A stretch of 40,000 bases of DNA from positions 381,588-421,587 of the forward strand of contig NZNT01000026.1 of assembly GCA_002695005.1 (NCBI GenBank). The letters are read 5' to 3'. The position numbers and the translations under genes are program-made. The DNA comes from Maritimibacter sp. Its GTDB lineage: Bacteria > Pseudomonadota > Alphaproteobacteria > Rhodobacterales > Rhodobacteraceae. Every line of letters starts with the position of its first letter. Within the stretch, counting starts at the first letter, position 1. Below the pieces are notes generated by a model, which saw only the letters and a list, made by a program, of their open reading frames with translations, was not told the DNA's origin and did no database searches. Below, one piece after another: positions 23,836 through 31,997 of this stretch.

Positions 23836-24918
23836 TTATGAGCTGGTTTCCGGCGCGCCCTGAATCCGGACCTGTAGCCGGGCGAGCGCATTCGAAAGCT
23901 GTTCGGCTTCGAACGTGCGCGTCGCTTCCGATGGGAAAACCGGCTCGCCGTCAGCGATCTTCGCCGCCTCATGTGCAAGGTCGGCAAGCGGCTTGAGGTA
24001 TCGGAATGCGAACACCAGAGCCAGGACGCCGATTGCGCCCAGCAACCCGGCCACCGTCCAGATCAGATACGAGAAGACCGAACCCATTTCGGTGTTCCCC
24101 GTCGACACAGGGACGCGCACGACAAGCGACCAACCTGGCTTCGGCACGTCGCTCTCCGCGAGGATCGGGAGCACGTTTGAGACAATTCCTTCGCCACGTC
24201 CCGTCTGCACGGTATCTTCAAATCGCGAGCCCAGTTGCGCACGCGACCGGATCATGGTCGACAGTTCCGCCCCGACACGATCGCCCTGATCGAAGAGCGT
24301 TTCCGCGTTCTGGTCCAGCACCGTGACGTCGACACCAAGCCGCTCTGACGACTCCTGAATGAATCGGTCCAACCAAGCCGCATCCAAGCGGTACACGGCC
24401 AATCCGAGGATCTCACCCAATTCGTCGCGCACGGAGCGGGACATGTAGATGTATGAGTCACCTTCCGTGTCGGACGATGTCACCGTCTGCAACGTGTCGC
24501 GCCGCAGCCCCTGGTTGAACCAGATCGACGTCGATACGTCCGCGCCCTGATCCACGCCCATCGTCGCCGCGTCGACCTTGCCGTCCAGTCCGACCACGGC
24601 AGCCCAGGTCACGCCTTCGGACGCCATTGCGGCCGCGTCCGTGAGAACCCGCATGCTGTCGTAATCGCCGACATCGACGAAAGAGCTGAAGCCAACGAGG
24701 CTCTCCCATTCCCGGGTGATCAAAGTCGAAACCGCCAATTGGATCGCACGCGCGGCATGTTGAGTCGCATCTCCCTGTGACCGAAAGGCGAAATCCTCGA
24801 CCTTCCGTTGCAGCGGCAGGAAGACGACGAGTATCGCCAACAGGAACGCGACCGCCGCACTGATGAACAGCGTGCTGATGATGCGGGGCTGGTATGACTT
24901 GCGGACTGAATGGGGCAT
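23836..24918 (-). CDS. Membrane sensor-like protein: TM, ~250-aa periplasmic (Cache-like?) domain, TM, HAMP-like helix pair, no output domain
   Basis: TM1 is IISTLFISAAVAFLLAILVVFLPL and TM2 is VFSYLIWTVAGLLGAIGVLALVFAF. The HAMP-like segment is RYLKPLADLAHEAAKIADGE…EAEQLSNALARLQ, after which the protein ends. The Cache assignment is a size and topology guess. Confidence 0.6.
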   Translation of the reverse strand: MPHSVRKSYQPRIISTLFISAAVAFLLAILVVFLPLQRKVEDFAFRSQGDATQHAARAIQLAVSTLITREWESLVGFSSFVDVGDYDSMRVLTDAAAMASEGVTWAAVVGLDGKVDAATMGVDQGADVSTSIWFNQGLRRDTLQTVTSSDTEGDSYIYMSRSVRDELGEILGLAVYRLDAAWLDRFIQESSERLGVDVTVLDQNAETLFDQGDRVGAELSTMIRSRAQLGSRFEDTVQTGRGEGIVSNVLPILAESDVPKPGWSLVVRVPVSTGNTEMGSVFSYLIWTVAGLLGAIGVLALVFAFRYLKPLADLAHEAAKIADGEPVFPSEATRTFEAEQLSNALARLQVRIQGAPETSS

Positions 24919-24938
24919 GGTGTGAACTCGGGGTTGCG

Positions 24939-24948
24939 TTAACCTTAA
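24939..24948. promoter_or_regulatory. 10-mer TTAACCTTAA (TTAAGGTTAA on the minus strand) upstream of the sensor gene
   Basis: It is an exact reverse complement of the 10-mer at 26084-26093. Each copy reads TTAAGGTTAA in the direction of the gene it precedes. Confidence 0.35.
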
Positions 24949-25021
24949 TATCGATTATGGATTTGTCAGGAATGAGGCAAGACTTCGGTTCTCAATTAGG
25001 CTGGCGGCGAAGGCCCGAGAC

Positions 25022-26050
25022 ATGAACCGCCGCGCGCTTTTGGCTGGTCTGACTGGAGCCGTTTTGCCCTTTGCAACGTCCCGCCCTGCCTTCGCCGACG
25101 CAGAACCAATCTGGTCAGACTGGAAAGCGCGGTTTCTTGAAGCCAACGGGCGCGTCGTCGACAGTCTTCAGGGCAACGCGAGCCATTCGGAAGGACAAGG
25201 ATACGGCCTTCTGCTTGCGCAGGCATTCGGCGATCGCGACGCTTTCGACGCTATCGAGTCCTGGACCCGGGGACATCTCCTGATCCGGGACGACACGCTT
25301 ATGGCCTGGCGGTGGCGGCCCGAGGAAGCCGACCCCGCAACCGCCGACAATCGCGACTGGCATACCGCCACGGACGGCGACCTATTCCGTGCCTGGGGGC
25401 TTTTGCGTGCGGACACGTTTTCGGGCTGGGGCGATTACGGGGCGGAGGTTCGCCGCATCGCCGAAGCGCTCGCCGCGCTCTGCCTGAAACCCGACCCGCG
25501 TGCCCCGGGTGAAGTGGTGCTCACGCCGGGGGCCGAGGCCCTGGGCACGCCCGACCGTGTTCTGTTCAACCCGTCCTACGTCATGCCGCGCGCGCTACGC
25601 GAACTGGGCGCGTATTCCGGTGTGACCGAACTGATCCGGGCGGCGGATCACGGCGAAACCATTCTGGCCGAACTGGCGGCAACGGGGCTGGTGCCCGACT
25701 GGAGCATGATCACGCCGACCGGGTTCGCCCAGCCTGAAGGTTTCGGCACCAACCACGGCTATGACGCGATACGGGTCGCGCTCTACCTGCACTGGTCGGG
25801 GCAGAAGACGCACCCCGCGTTGACGCAAAAGGCCGGCGTCTGGTCCGGGGCCCCCGCCCTGCCCGTCGTTCTGACGCCAGAAGGACAGGTGATCGAGCGC
25901 AGCACTTTTCCCGGCTACCATGCCATCGCCGATCTGATCGCTTGCCGCCCGGTCGCCCCCCACCCGGATCAGGGCGAACCCTACTACCCGGCCACCCTTG
26001 GCCTGTTGTCACGCGTCGCCCGGCGGGAAAGCGGCCTTTGTCCGGCTTGA
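25022..26050 (+). CDS. Glycoside hydrolase family 8 endoglucanase (BcsZ/CelY-like), secreted
   Basis: It has a Tat/Sec-like leader (MNRRALLAGLTGAVLPFATSRPAFA). The GH8 signature region is ASHSEGQGYGLLLA, followed by …ATDGDLFRAWGLL…. Confidence 0.82.
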   Translation: MNRRALLAGLTGAVLPFATSRPAFADAEPIWSDWKARFLEANGRVVDSLQGNASHSEGQGYGLLLAQAFGDRDAFDAIESWTRGHLLIRDDTLMAWRWRPEEADPATADNRDWHTATDGDLFRAWGLLRADTFSGWGDYGAEVRRIAEALAALCLKPDPRAPGEVVLTPGAEALGTPDRVLFNPSYVMPRALRELGAYSGVTELIRAADHGETILAELAATGLVPDWSMITPTGFAQPEGFGTNHGYDAIRVALYLHWSGQKTHPALTQKAGVWSGAPALPVVLTPEGQVIERSTFPGYHAIADLIACRPVAPHPDQGEPYYPATLGLLSRVARRESGLCPA

Positions 26051-26083
26051 AAGCTTCCACACTTTCGACAATCTCTGCGTGTG

Positions 26084-26093
26084 TTAAGGTTAA
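26084..26093. promoter_or_regulatory. 10-mer TTAAGGTTAA upstream of the HlyD-like gene
   Basis: See 24939-24948. This copy lies 34 to 55 nt upstream of the alternative starts of the membrane-fusion gene. Confidence 0.35.
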
Positions 26094-26147
26094 TTCAAAA
26101 CACAGGTTCTGCGGCTGATCGCCGTAGTGAATTTCAGGAGGCACGTC

Positions 26148-27293
26148 GTGCGGTATCTTCGCCTCGTCATCGGTTCCATCGTCATCATCGGCGCGCTCTA
26201 CATCCTCGTGGCCGAGCATGTGACGGGTGCCAGCTCTAACGCGTTCGTCAACACCCCGGTCGTCACTGTCCGCTCGCCCGTCGCAGGTGACATCCAGATC
26301 GCCACCCGCACCGTCGGGGCCGAAGTCACGACCGATACGGTCCTGTTCAACGTCAGCGACGTGCGCGCCGACGGTGTCCGGTTGGACGACCTGATTCTGG
26401 AGCATGAACGCGCGCTTGCCGAGGTCGAACGCCTCCAAGGGCAAAAGACCGCGCTCGAGGATCACAGTGCGCGGCTTGACCGGCGACGTGACGCCTACGC
26501 TGCGGCAAGAACGCGGGAGCTTGCCCTCATGGCGGACCAGCCCGTCGATGGCCCTCTGCCTGACCTCTCCGATCCCGAAAAATTCGAGGACCTCAACGTC
26601 GCACAACCCGTGGTCGATACCGCGACGGAAGAACCGAACGGGGATACTCAGGCCAGCTCGACGCTTGCCGGGCTGCGACTGGACGCTGCAACCGGCGACG
26701 TTTTCCTTGATGGTTCGGCGGGCGCGACATGGAATTATGGCTATTGGGCCGAAACGGCACGCCATCAGCTCGCGCGCCTGGAAACCGATCTTTCAGCGGC
26801 TCAATCAATCGCGAAATCCTATGACGACCGGATCGCGCGCGAGCGGGTTCGCATGATCCGCCTGACCGGAGGCGACATCATGTCCCCGGCCAACGGGATC
26901 ATCTGGGAACGGATGGTCGGCGACGGGGTCAACGTCCAACGCGGCGACCCGATCATGAAGGTGGCGGACTGTTCCTCGGCCGTGGTGTCGCTGAGCGTGT
27001 CTGAAATCGTCTACAACCGCCTGCGCACCGGAGACCCGGCCACGTTCCGTCTGTCGGGTGCCGACGCGGTCATGGATGGCACCGTCGCGCGGCTCGCCGG
27101 TGCCGGAGCCGCCACGGTCTATGACGACATGGCGGTCAAACCCAGCAGAGAGCACCTCGAACGCTACGACGTGACGCTGATCGTGCCGGAGCTGCGGGAC
27201 GCGGACGGATCGGGCGGCTGTGGAATCGGGCGCACGGGCCGCGTGTTCTTCGAAGACCGACCGCTGGACCCGCTGCGCCGCCTTCTCAACTAG
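26148..27293 (+). CDS. HlyD-family membrane-fusion protein (BgsB-like partner of the glucan synthase)
   Basis: GTG at 26148 is preceded by AGGAGG plus 6 nt; the track start at GTG 26127 is in frame. The protein has an N-terminal TM (LRLVIGSIVIIGALYILV) and lipoyl-hairpin halves (VRSPVAGDI… and …IMSPANGIIWERMVGDGVNVQRGDPIMKV). A coiled-coil lies between them. Confidence 0.78.
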   Translation: MRYLRLVIGSIVIIGALYILVAEHVTGASSNAFVNTPVVTVRSPVAGDIQIATRTVGAEVTTDTVLFNVSDVRADGVRLDDLILEHERALAEVERLQGQKTALEDHSARLDRRRDAYAAARTRELALMADQPVDGPLPDLSDPEKFEDLNVAQPVVDTATEEPNGDTQASSTLAGLRLDAATGDVFLDGSAGATWNYGYWAETARHQLARLETDLSAAQSIAKSYDDRIARERVRMIRLTGGDIMSPANGIIWERMVGDGVNVQRGDPIMKVADCSSAVVSLSVSEIVYNRLRTGDPATFRLSGADAVMDGTVARLAGAGAATVYDDMAVKPSREHLERYDVTLIVPELRDADGSGGCGIGRTGRVFFEDRPLDPLRRLLN

Positions 27294-27302
27294 GCCGGCG
27301 CG

Positions 27303-29282
27303 ATGATCTATCCGAGCGACCTTGGGTCGAGCTTCAACCAACTGGCCCTGATATTGGGGATCGCCGTCGTGATCCCGTTGATCTTCGACAAGTCCAAGCC
27401 CACCCATCGCGTCGCGATGCTTTCCGTCGCCATCGTCCTCGCCCTGCGCTACATCTTCTGGCGAGCGACCGAGACTATCGCGCCGTTCGGCCTGACCCTG
27501 GACTGGGCGGCCAGTTGGGCTTTGCTCGCACTCGAAGCTCTGGCCCTGATCGGTTCGCTCAGCGCCTTTGTCATCATGATGCGCGTCAAGTCCCGCTCGA
27601 CCGAGGCGACCGACCACGCGAACTGGTGGGGGCCGGCGGGCGACCCGTCCGTCGCCCTCCTGATCGCGACCTATAACGAAGACCTCGACGTTCTCGAACG
27701 CACGATCATCGGGGCCAAGGCACTGCGCCACCCGAACAAGGAAGTACTCGTGCTCGACGACGGGCGGCGCGATTGGCTGCGCGATTTCTGCGCCCGCTCC
27801 GAAGTCGGATACATGCGCCGCCCGGACAACAAAGATTCCAAGGCCGGCAATATCAACCACGCGCTCCAACGACTGGTCGAGCGGGACAGCCCGCCCGATT
27901 ACGTCGCCGTGCTGGACGCCGACTTCGTGCCGCATCGCGGATTCCTGCGCCGCTCACTCGCCTTGTTCCACGACCCCGGCGTCGGCCTCGTCCAGACGCC
28001 GCAGCATTTCTTCAATGCCGACCCGATCCAGCACAACCTCGGCGTCAGCCAGTCCTACCCGGACGAGCAGCGGTTCTTCTTCGACCACATGCAACCGTCA
28101 CGGGATGCCTGGGGCATCGCGTTCTGTTGCGGCACGTCATCGGTCATCCGGTTCTCGGCGCTTCAGGATATCGGGGGATTCCCGACCGAAAGCATCACCG
28201 AGGACTTCATGTTGACCTTGGCACTGCAAAACCACGGCTGGCGCACGGTGTACCTGAACGAGGCACTGACCGAGGGGCTCGCCCCCGAAGGACTCAAGGA
28301 ATACGTCACGCAACGCGCGCGCTGGTGCCTTGGCCTCATGCAGATCGCGCGCGGCTCGCTCGGACCCTTCGCCAGAAACAACCTGCGCCTGCGGGATCGG
28401 TGGAGCGTCATGGACTCGGTCTTCTACTGGCTCACGACCTTCACCTTCCGCCTCGCGGCGCTCGTGTTCCCCCTGCTCTACTGGTACGGCAACGTGACGG
28501 TGGTGAATGCCCAGCTTGCCGATGTCGTGTCCTATTTCGGTACCTATTATCTGTGGATTCTGCTCACCCTGAACCTGCTGTCGCGGGGGCATGTGGTGCC
28601 GGTCCTCAACGACGTCCGCCAATTGATCGGTGCCTATCCCATCGCGCGCTCCGCAATCACCGGTCTGATCAAGCCTTACGGCCACCCGTTCAGCGTCACC
28701 GCCAAGGGGGGCGACCGCAGCAAGATCGTCGTTCAATGGCGCATGATGTTGCCCTTCGCGGTCATGCTCGCCCTGACGCTCGTTGGCCTCTGCCTCGGCG
28801 TGTTTACGGACAGGTTTGCGTTCTTCGACGCGGGCGACGGCAAATGGGTCATCCTGTTCTGGACGCTTTACAACATCGTCGTCCTGTCGGTCACGCTTGT
28901 GGCCTGTGTCGAGCTGCCCCGGCGCGAACGCCATGTGGCGGATGCGCCGGAACAGGTCCGCGTCACATTCGGGGGGCATGACCTGAAGCTGTGGATGACG
29001 AACCTCACCCTCGACCACGCCCGTCTGCGCGGTCGCAAGTTCGACGTGGGGACGCGCGGCAGCATCGAACTCGCCGGGGTCGGCTCGGTGCCGGCCTATG
29101 TGAGCGAGAAATCAGGCGACGGCGTCCGGCTCCAACTCCTGCCCGACGATCAACAGCGCGCCGCGCTGTTCCTGCGCTTTCATGCAGAGGACAACACGCC
29201 GGGCATATCCAACGTGCGCATGTCCGCCATGTTGCGCGATATCGCACGCCGGTTCACCTTCAGTTCGGCACGGAAGTCATGA
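27303..29282 (+). CDS. Processive family-2 glycosyltransferase, cellulose-synthase-like beta-glucan synthase with a C-terminal PilZ-like domain (BgsA/BcsA-like)
   Basis: Catalytic motifs are present: VLDDGRRD, LDADFVP (DxD), QTPQHF, TED (ESITEDF) and QRARW (28311-28325). There are multiple TM helices on both sides. The C-terminal ~124 aa is a beta-rich domain beginning PRRERH. Confidence 0.85.
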   Translation: MIYPSDLGSSFNQLALILGIAVVIPLIFDKSKPTHRVAMLSVAIVLALRYIFWRATETIAPFGLTLDWAASWALLALEALALIGSLSAFVIMMRVKSRSTEATDHANWWGPAGDPSVALLIATYNEDLDVLERTIIGAKALRHPNKEVLVLDDGRRDWLRDFCARSEVGYMRRPDNKDSKAGNINHALQRLVERDSPPDYVAVLDADFVPHRGFLRRSLALFHDPGVGLVQTPQHFFNADPIQHNLGVSQSYPDEQRFFFDHMQPSRDAWGIAFCCGTSSVIRFSALQDIGGFPTESITEDFMLTLALQNHGWRTVYLNEALTEGLAPEGLKEYVTQRARWCLGLMQIARGSLGPFARNNLRLRDRWSVMDSVFYWLTTFTFRLAALVFPLLYWYGNVTVVNAQLADVVSYFGTYYLWILLTLNLLSRGHVVPVLNDVRQLIGAYPIARSAITGLIKPYGHPFSVTAKGGDRSKIVVQWRMMLPFAVMLALTLVGLCLGVFTDRFAFFDAGDGKWVILFWTLYNIVVLSVTLVACVELPRRERHVADAPEQVRVTFGGHDLKLWMTNLTLDHARLRGRKFDVGTRGSIELAGVGSVPAYVSEKSGDGVRLQLLPDDQQRAALFLRFHAEDNTPGISNVRMSAMLRDIARRFTFSSARKS

Positions 29283-29399
29283 TAATTTTGCGATGGCCCG
29301 CACATTAATCCACTGAACGCGCCGCAATCAGGAATTCTCAACTCATATCGCTTGTTGACCTACCTTTGACATGCGCTGCGCTCAGACGAACGCAATAAA

Positions 29400-29747
29400 T
29401 CACAGTGAACCGTTTAGCGTTTCCACCATGAATGCGACGTCGCCGTAGTCCCGATCGCCCCCGCCGGTTTGATCCTCGAACCCAATGGTGATGGATTTCC
29501 CGCCGGCATTGACGCCAGACAGGGCATGTTGCACGCCGTCTGAATTCAAGCTCTCAGAATAGCTGTGGAAAATCTTCAAATCTTCCGTGGAGCCATTCAA
29601 TTGGAGATACAGGTCGCTGCCATCAGATACTTTGGCTGCTTCGCCGATCCCGTTCACGAACCCGAATGTGTCCGTGTCTGACACCGTTGAGGCCAACCCA
29701 GCCGCGTCTTGCAAAATGAAAAAGCCGAGGCTGTTGCCAGCTTCCAC
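29400..29747 (-). CDS. DUF4114-like domain protein fragment (possibly the 3' part of a frameshifted gene)
   Basis: The C-terminal part reads …GGKSITIGFEDQTGGGDRDYGDVAFMVE, matching my memory of the DUF4114 GFED…GGGD.D(Y/F).D signature. The only start is GTG at 29747. An upstream overlapping frame (to 29923) reads on as …GDLAATDARALAGAFEAK…. GC content is lower here. Confidence 0.5.
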   Translation of the reverse strand: MEAGNSLGFFILQDAAGLASTVSDTDTFGFVNGIGEAAKVSDGSDLYLQLNGSTEDLKIFHSYSESLNSDGVQHALSGVNAGGKSITIGFEDQTGGGDRDYGDVAFMVETLNGSL

Positions 29748-29986
29748 GTCCGTAATCGTCGTTTGCGCCGTTTTGTCAGCCTTGGCGTTTGCGAATGCAC
29801 TTTCGCCTCGAACGCCCCAGCCAAGGCGCGTGCATCGGTTGCGGCCAAATCACCGAAAACCCGTCGGTCCCGTTCAAAGCTGCTTGCGATCTGCATTTCT
29901 CGCGTCCCGTTAACAAAAGACAATGCCTCGCATGCAAGGCGCTCCTAACAGGTAGGCATACCTCAAATGCAAAAGGAGTTCTTCGT

Positions 29987-30538
29987 ATGAAAATCGAACA
30001 CAGCGGCAAGGCCACAATCCTGTTCGGGCTGGGCGCCACAATCATCTATCTTGTCATGGTACTGGGCACGCTCAGGTATCTGACCGATCTTGCAGGCGCG
30101 CTGCCTTTCGATCTGCGGCCCTCAGGGTACACACAGGCTGACGCCGAAGGTCTGCTGGAAGCACTCGGCGGGAGAGGGCGCAACTATTATCTCACTCGGC
30201 AGATCCCCCTCGATACGCTCTACCCCGCATTGCTTGCGCTGACCCTGATTTCGGCATTGCGATGGCGTTCCTTCAGGTTCGGGCCGACGCTGATGACCAA
30301 GATAGGCGGAGCCTTGGCAATCCTGGCCGCGACTTTCGACTATCTGGAAAACCTTGGCATAAGCCTCATGCTGCTGACTGGATCAGGGTCAGACCTTGCG
30401 CTGGTAACGGCCATAAGCACAGCGACGATCTTGAAATCTGCTCTGACGACGGCGTCCGTACTTGCCTTGATCGTAAGTCTACTATTGGTCCTGTTCAGTC
30501 GCATGTTGAGTGCACGCAGCACCCCGGCCGCGCGCTGA
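29987..30538 (+). CDS. Hypothetical integral membrane protein (183 aa)
   Basis: The ATG at 29987 is preceded by AAAGGAG. There are four or five hydrophobic segments (…ATILFGLGATIIYLVMVLG…, …ALLALTLISAL…, …IGGALAILAATF…, …ASVLALIVSLLLVLF…). I recognise no family. The upstream part of the 249-aa track ORF was rejected. Confidence 0.55.
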   Translation: MKIEHSGKATILFGLGATIIYLVMVLGTLRYLTDLAGALPFDLRPSGYTQADAEGLLEALGGRGRNYYLTRQIPLDTLYPALLALTLISALRWRSFRFGPTLMTKIGGALAILAATFDYLENLGISLMLLTGSGSDLALVTAISTATILKSALTTASVLALIVSLLLVLFSRMLSARSTPAAR

Positions 30539-30888
30539 TAAGATGTCTCGGCTCATCTGCGCTGAGCCTGCATCCAAAACCGCTCAGCCCGACGAAAAGC
30601 GAAGAATTACCCCTGCGCTCAGAACGATTATCCGCTTGATATCGGCGCCCGAAAAAATCTGTGTCGTCCCAGCAGGGTTTCGTCGAGGAAATCGACGAAA
30701 AGCCGGACGCTGCACCCGGCGCGGGTCGGCTTGCATCAGCACCCATGTTGAGCGGCGCTGGTCGGGGTCGGTCCCTCTTATTCCGCGCAGAGACCGCGCC
30801 GTTCGGTCAGAGCGGCGGCGCAGCCTCGAACATGGATCGGCTTGAGAGGCTCCGTTCTTCGTTGAAGTGTCTTGAGACAGAAGCGTGG

Positions 30889-31000
30889 CCCGGTGGGCAA
30901 CTGGATCGGCCAGCGCCTGCCCCGCGAGACGTTCGCGCGCATTGCCTTCGGGATTCTCGGCGTGCTAGCGATCTGGCTGACTTACGCTCCGCTCGGCTGA
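30889..31000 (+). pseudogene. 3'-terminal relic of a second TauE/SafE (TSUP) gene
   Basis: About 112 bp align without gaps to 5806-5916, the 3' end of the intact TSUP gene. By hand count there are about 14 mismatches. The in-frame reading is PVGNWIGQRLPRETFARIAFGILGVLAIWLTYAPLG*. Similarity stops abruptly at about 30889. Confidence 0.8.
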
Positions 31001-31015
31001 CCCGCCGCGCCGCCC

Positions 31016-31975
31016 TCAGCCCGGTTTGACCAGCCGGTTGCGCAGCACACCGATCCCCTCGACCTCGAGTTCGACCACGTCGTCCGGTTTCAGGAAGCGC
31101 ATGTGTTCCAGGCCGCAGCCATTGCCCACTGTGCCGGAGCCCAGAAACTCGCCCGACCGGATCGTCTCGGAGGCCGATATGTGTTCGATCAGGTCCGCGA
31201 AACTCCAGTGCATCGTCGACGTGGAGCCACGGCCCCATTCTTCTCCGTTCACCCGGCAGATCATCGTCTTGTCATAGGGATCACCGAATTCATCGGCTGT
31301 CACGAGGCACGGGCCCATCGGGTTCGCCGTGTCGAAATCCTTGCCCTTGGCCGGGCCGAGCGATCCGCCCATCTCGGCGGTCTGGGCATCGCGGGCCGTG
31401 AAGTCGTTGAAGATCGTGTAGCCGAAGACGTGATCCATCGCGTCGGCCTTTTTCACATCCTTGGCCGGTTTGCCGATGTAGACGCCGAACTCCAGTTCGA
31501 AATCCATGAAGTTGGAATAGCCGGGCCATATCACGTCATGCTCGTGCCCAACGACAGAAAAGCGGTTGGCTTTGTAATAGATCGGCTGGTCGTAGAACGT
31601 CTGCGGCACCGACAGGATGCCCTGCTCTTCCATCTCGCGTTCGGCGGCTTCCGGATCGGGCATCTGGCTCGCCCGCAGTTTGCGCGCCTGCTTGAACGCC
31701 TGGATCAGGTGGGTCTCGAAACACAGGCAATCGCGCATCTGCGGTGGCGGCTCGATGGGGGCCATCAGCCGGACGTCGTCCAATGATACCTGTGTGCTCC
31801 CCTTGGCCGCATCCTGCGCCTGTGCCAGCGCGCTTTCGCCGCCTTCGGCGATCCACAAGACCGACTCCACAGCGCCTGATGAGTTGGCAGCCAAGTCGGC
31901 AATCCTGCTGCCGTCCCCGACCAACGCGCCGGGCCGACCGATCCCGTCGCCCGTATCGTATGTGACAAGTTTCAT
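31016..31975 (-). CDS. Fumarylacetoacetate hydrolase (FAH) family protein
   Basis: The translation shows the FAH-fold pattern (…YYKANRFSVVGHEHDVIWP…ELEFGVYIGK…GYTIFNDFTARD…GPAKGKDFD…). GGGAGGA lies upstream of the ATG. Confidence 0.82.
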   Translation of the reverse strand: MKLVTYDTGDGIGRPGALVGDGSRIADLAANSSGAVESVLWIAEGGESALAQAQDAAKGSTQVSLDDVRLMAPIEPPPQMRDCLCFETHLIQAFKQARKLRASQMPDPEAAEREMEEQGILSVPQTFYDQPIYYKANRFSVVGHEHDVIWPGYSNFMDFELEFGVYIGKPAKDVKKADAMDHVFGYTIFNDFTARDAQTAEMGGSLGPAKGKDFDTANPMGPCLVTADEFGDPYDKTMICRVNGEEWGRGSTSTMHWSFADLIEHISASETIRSGEFLGSGTVGNGCGLEHMRFLKPDDVVELEVEGIGVLRNRLVKPG

Positions 31976-31997
31976 GCGAGTTCCTCCCTGAATGTCC

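Noticed and set aside
25710-29018. Minus-strand ORFs of 351, 376 and 293 aa (25710-26765, 26805-27935, 28137-29018) antisense to the GH8, HlyD and GT2 genes
   Set aside because: Their composition is biased (Arg/Asp/Gly/His) and they have no motifs. The plus-strand genes carry strong family signatures.
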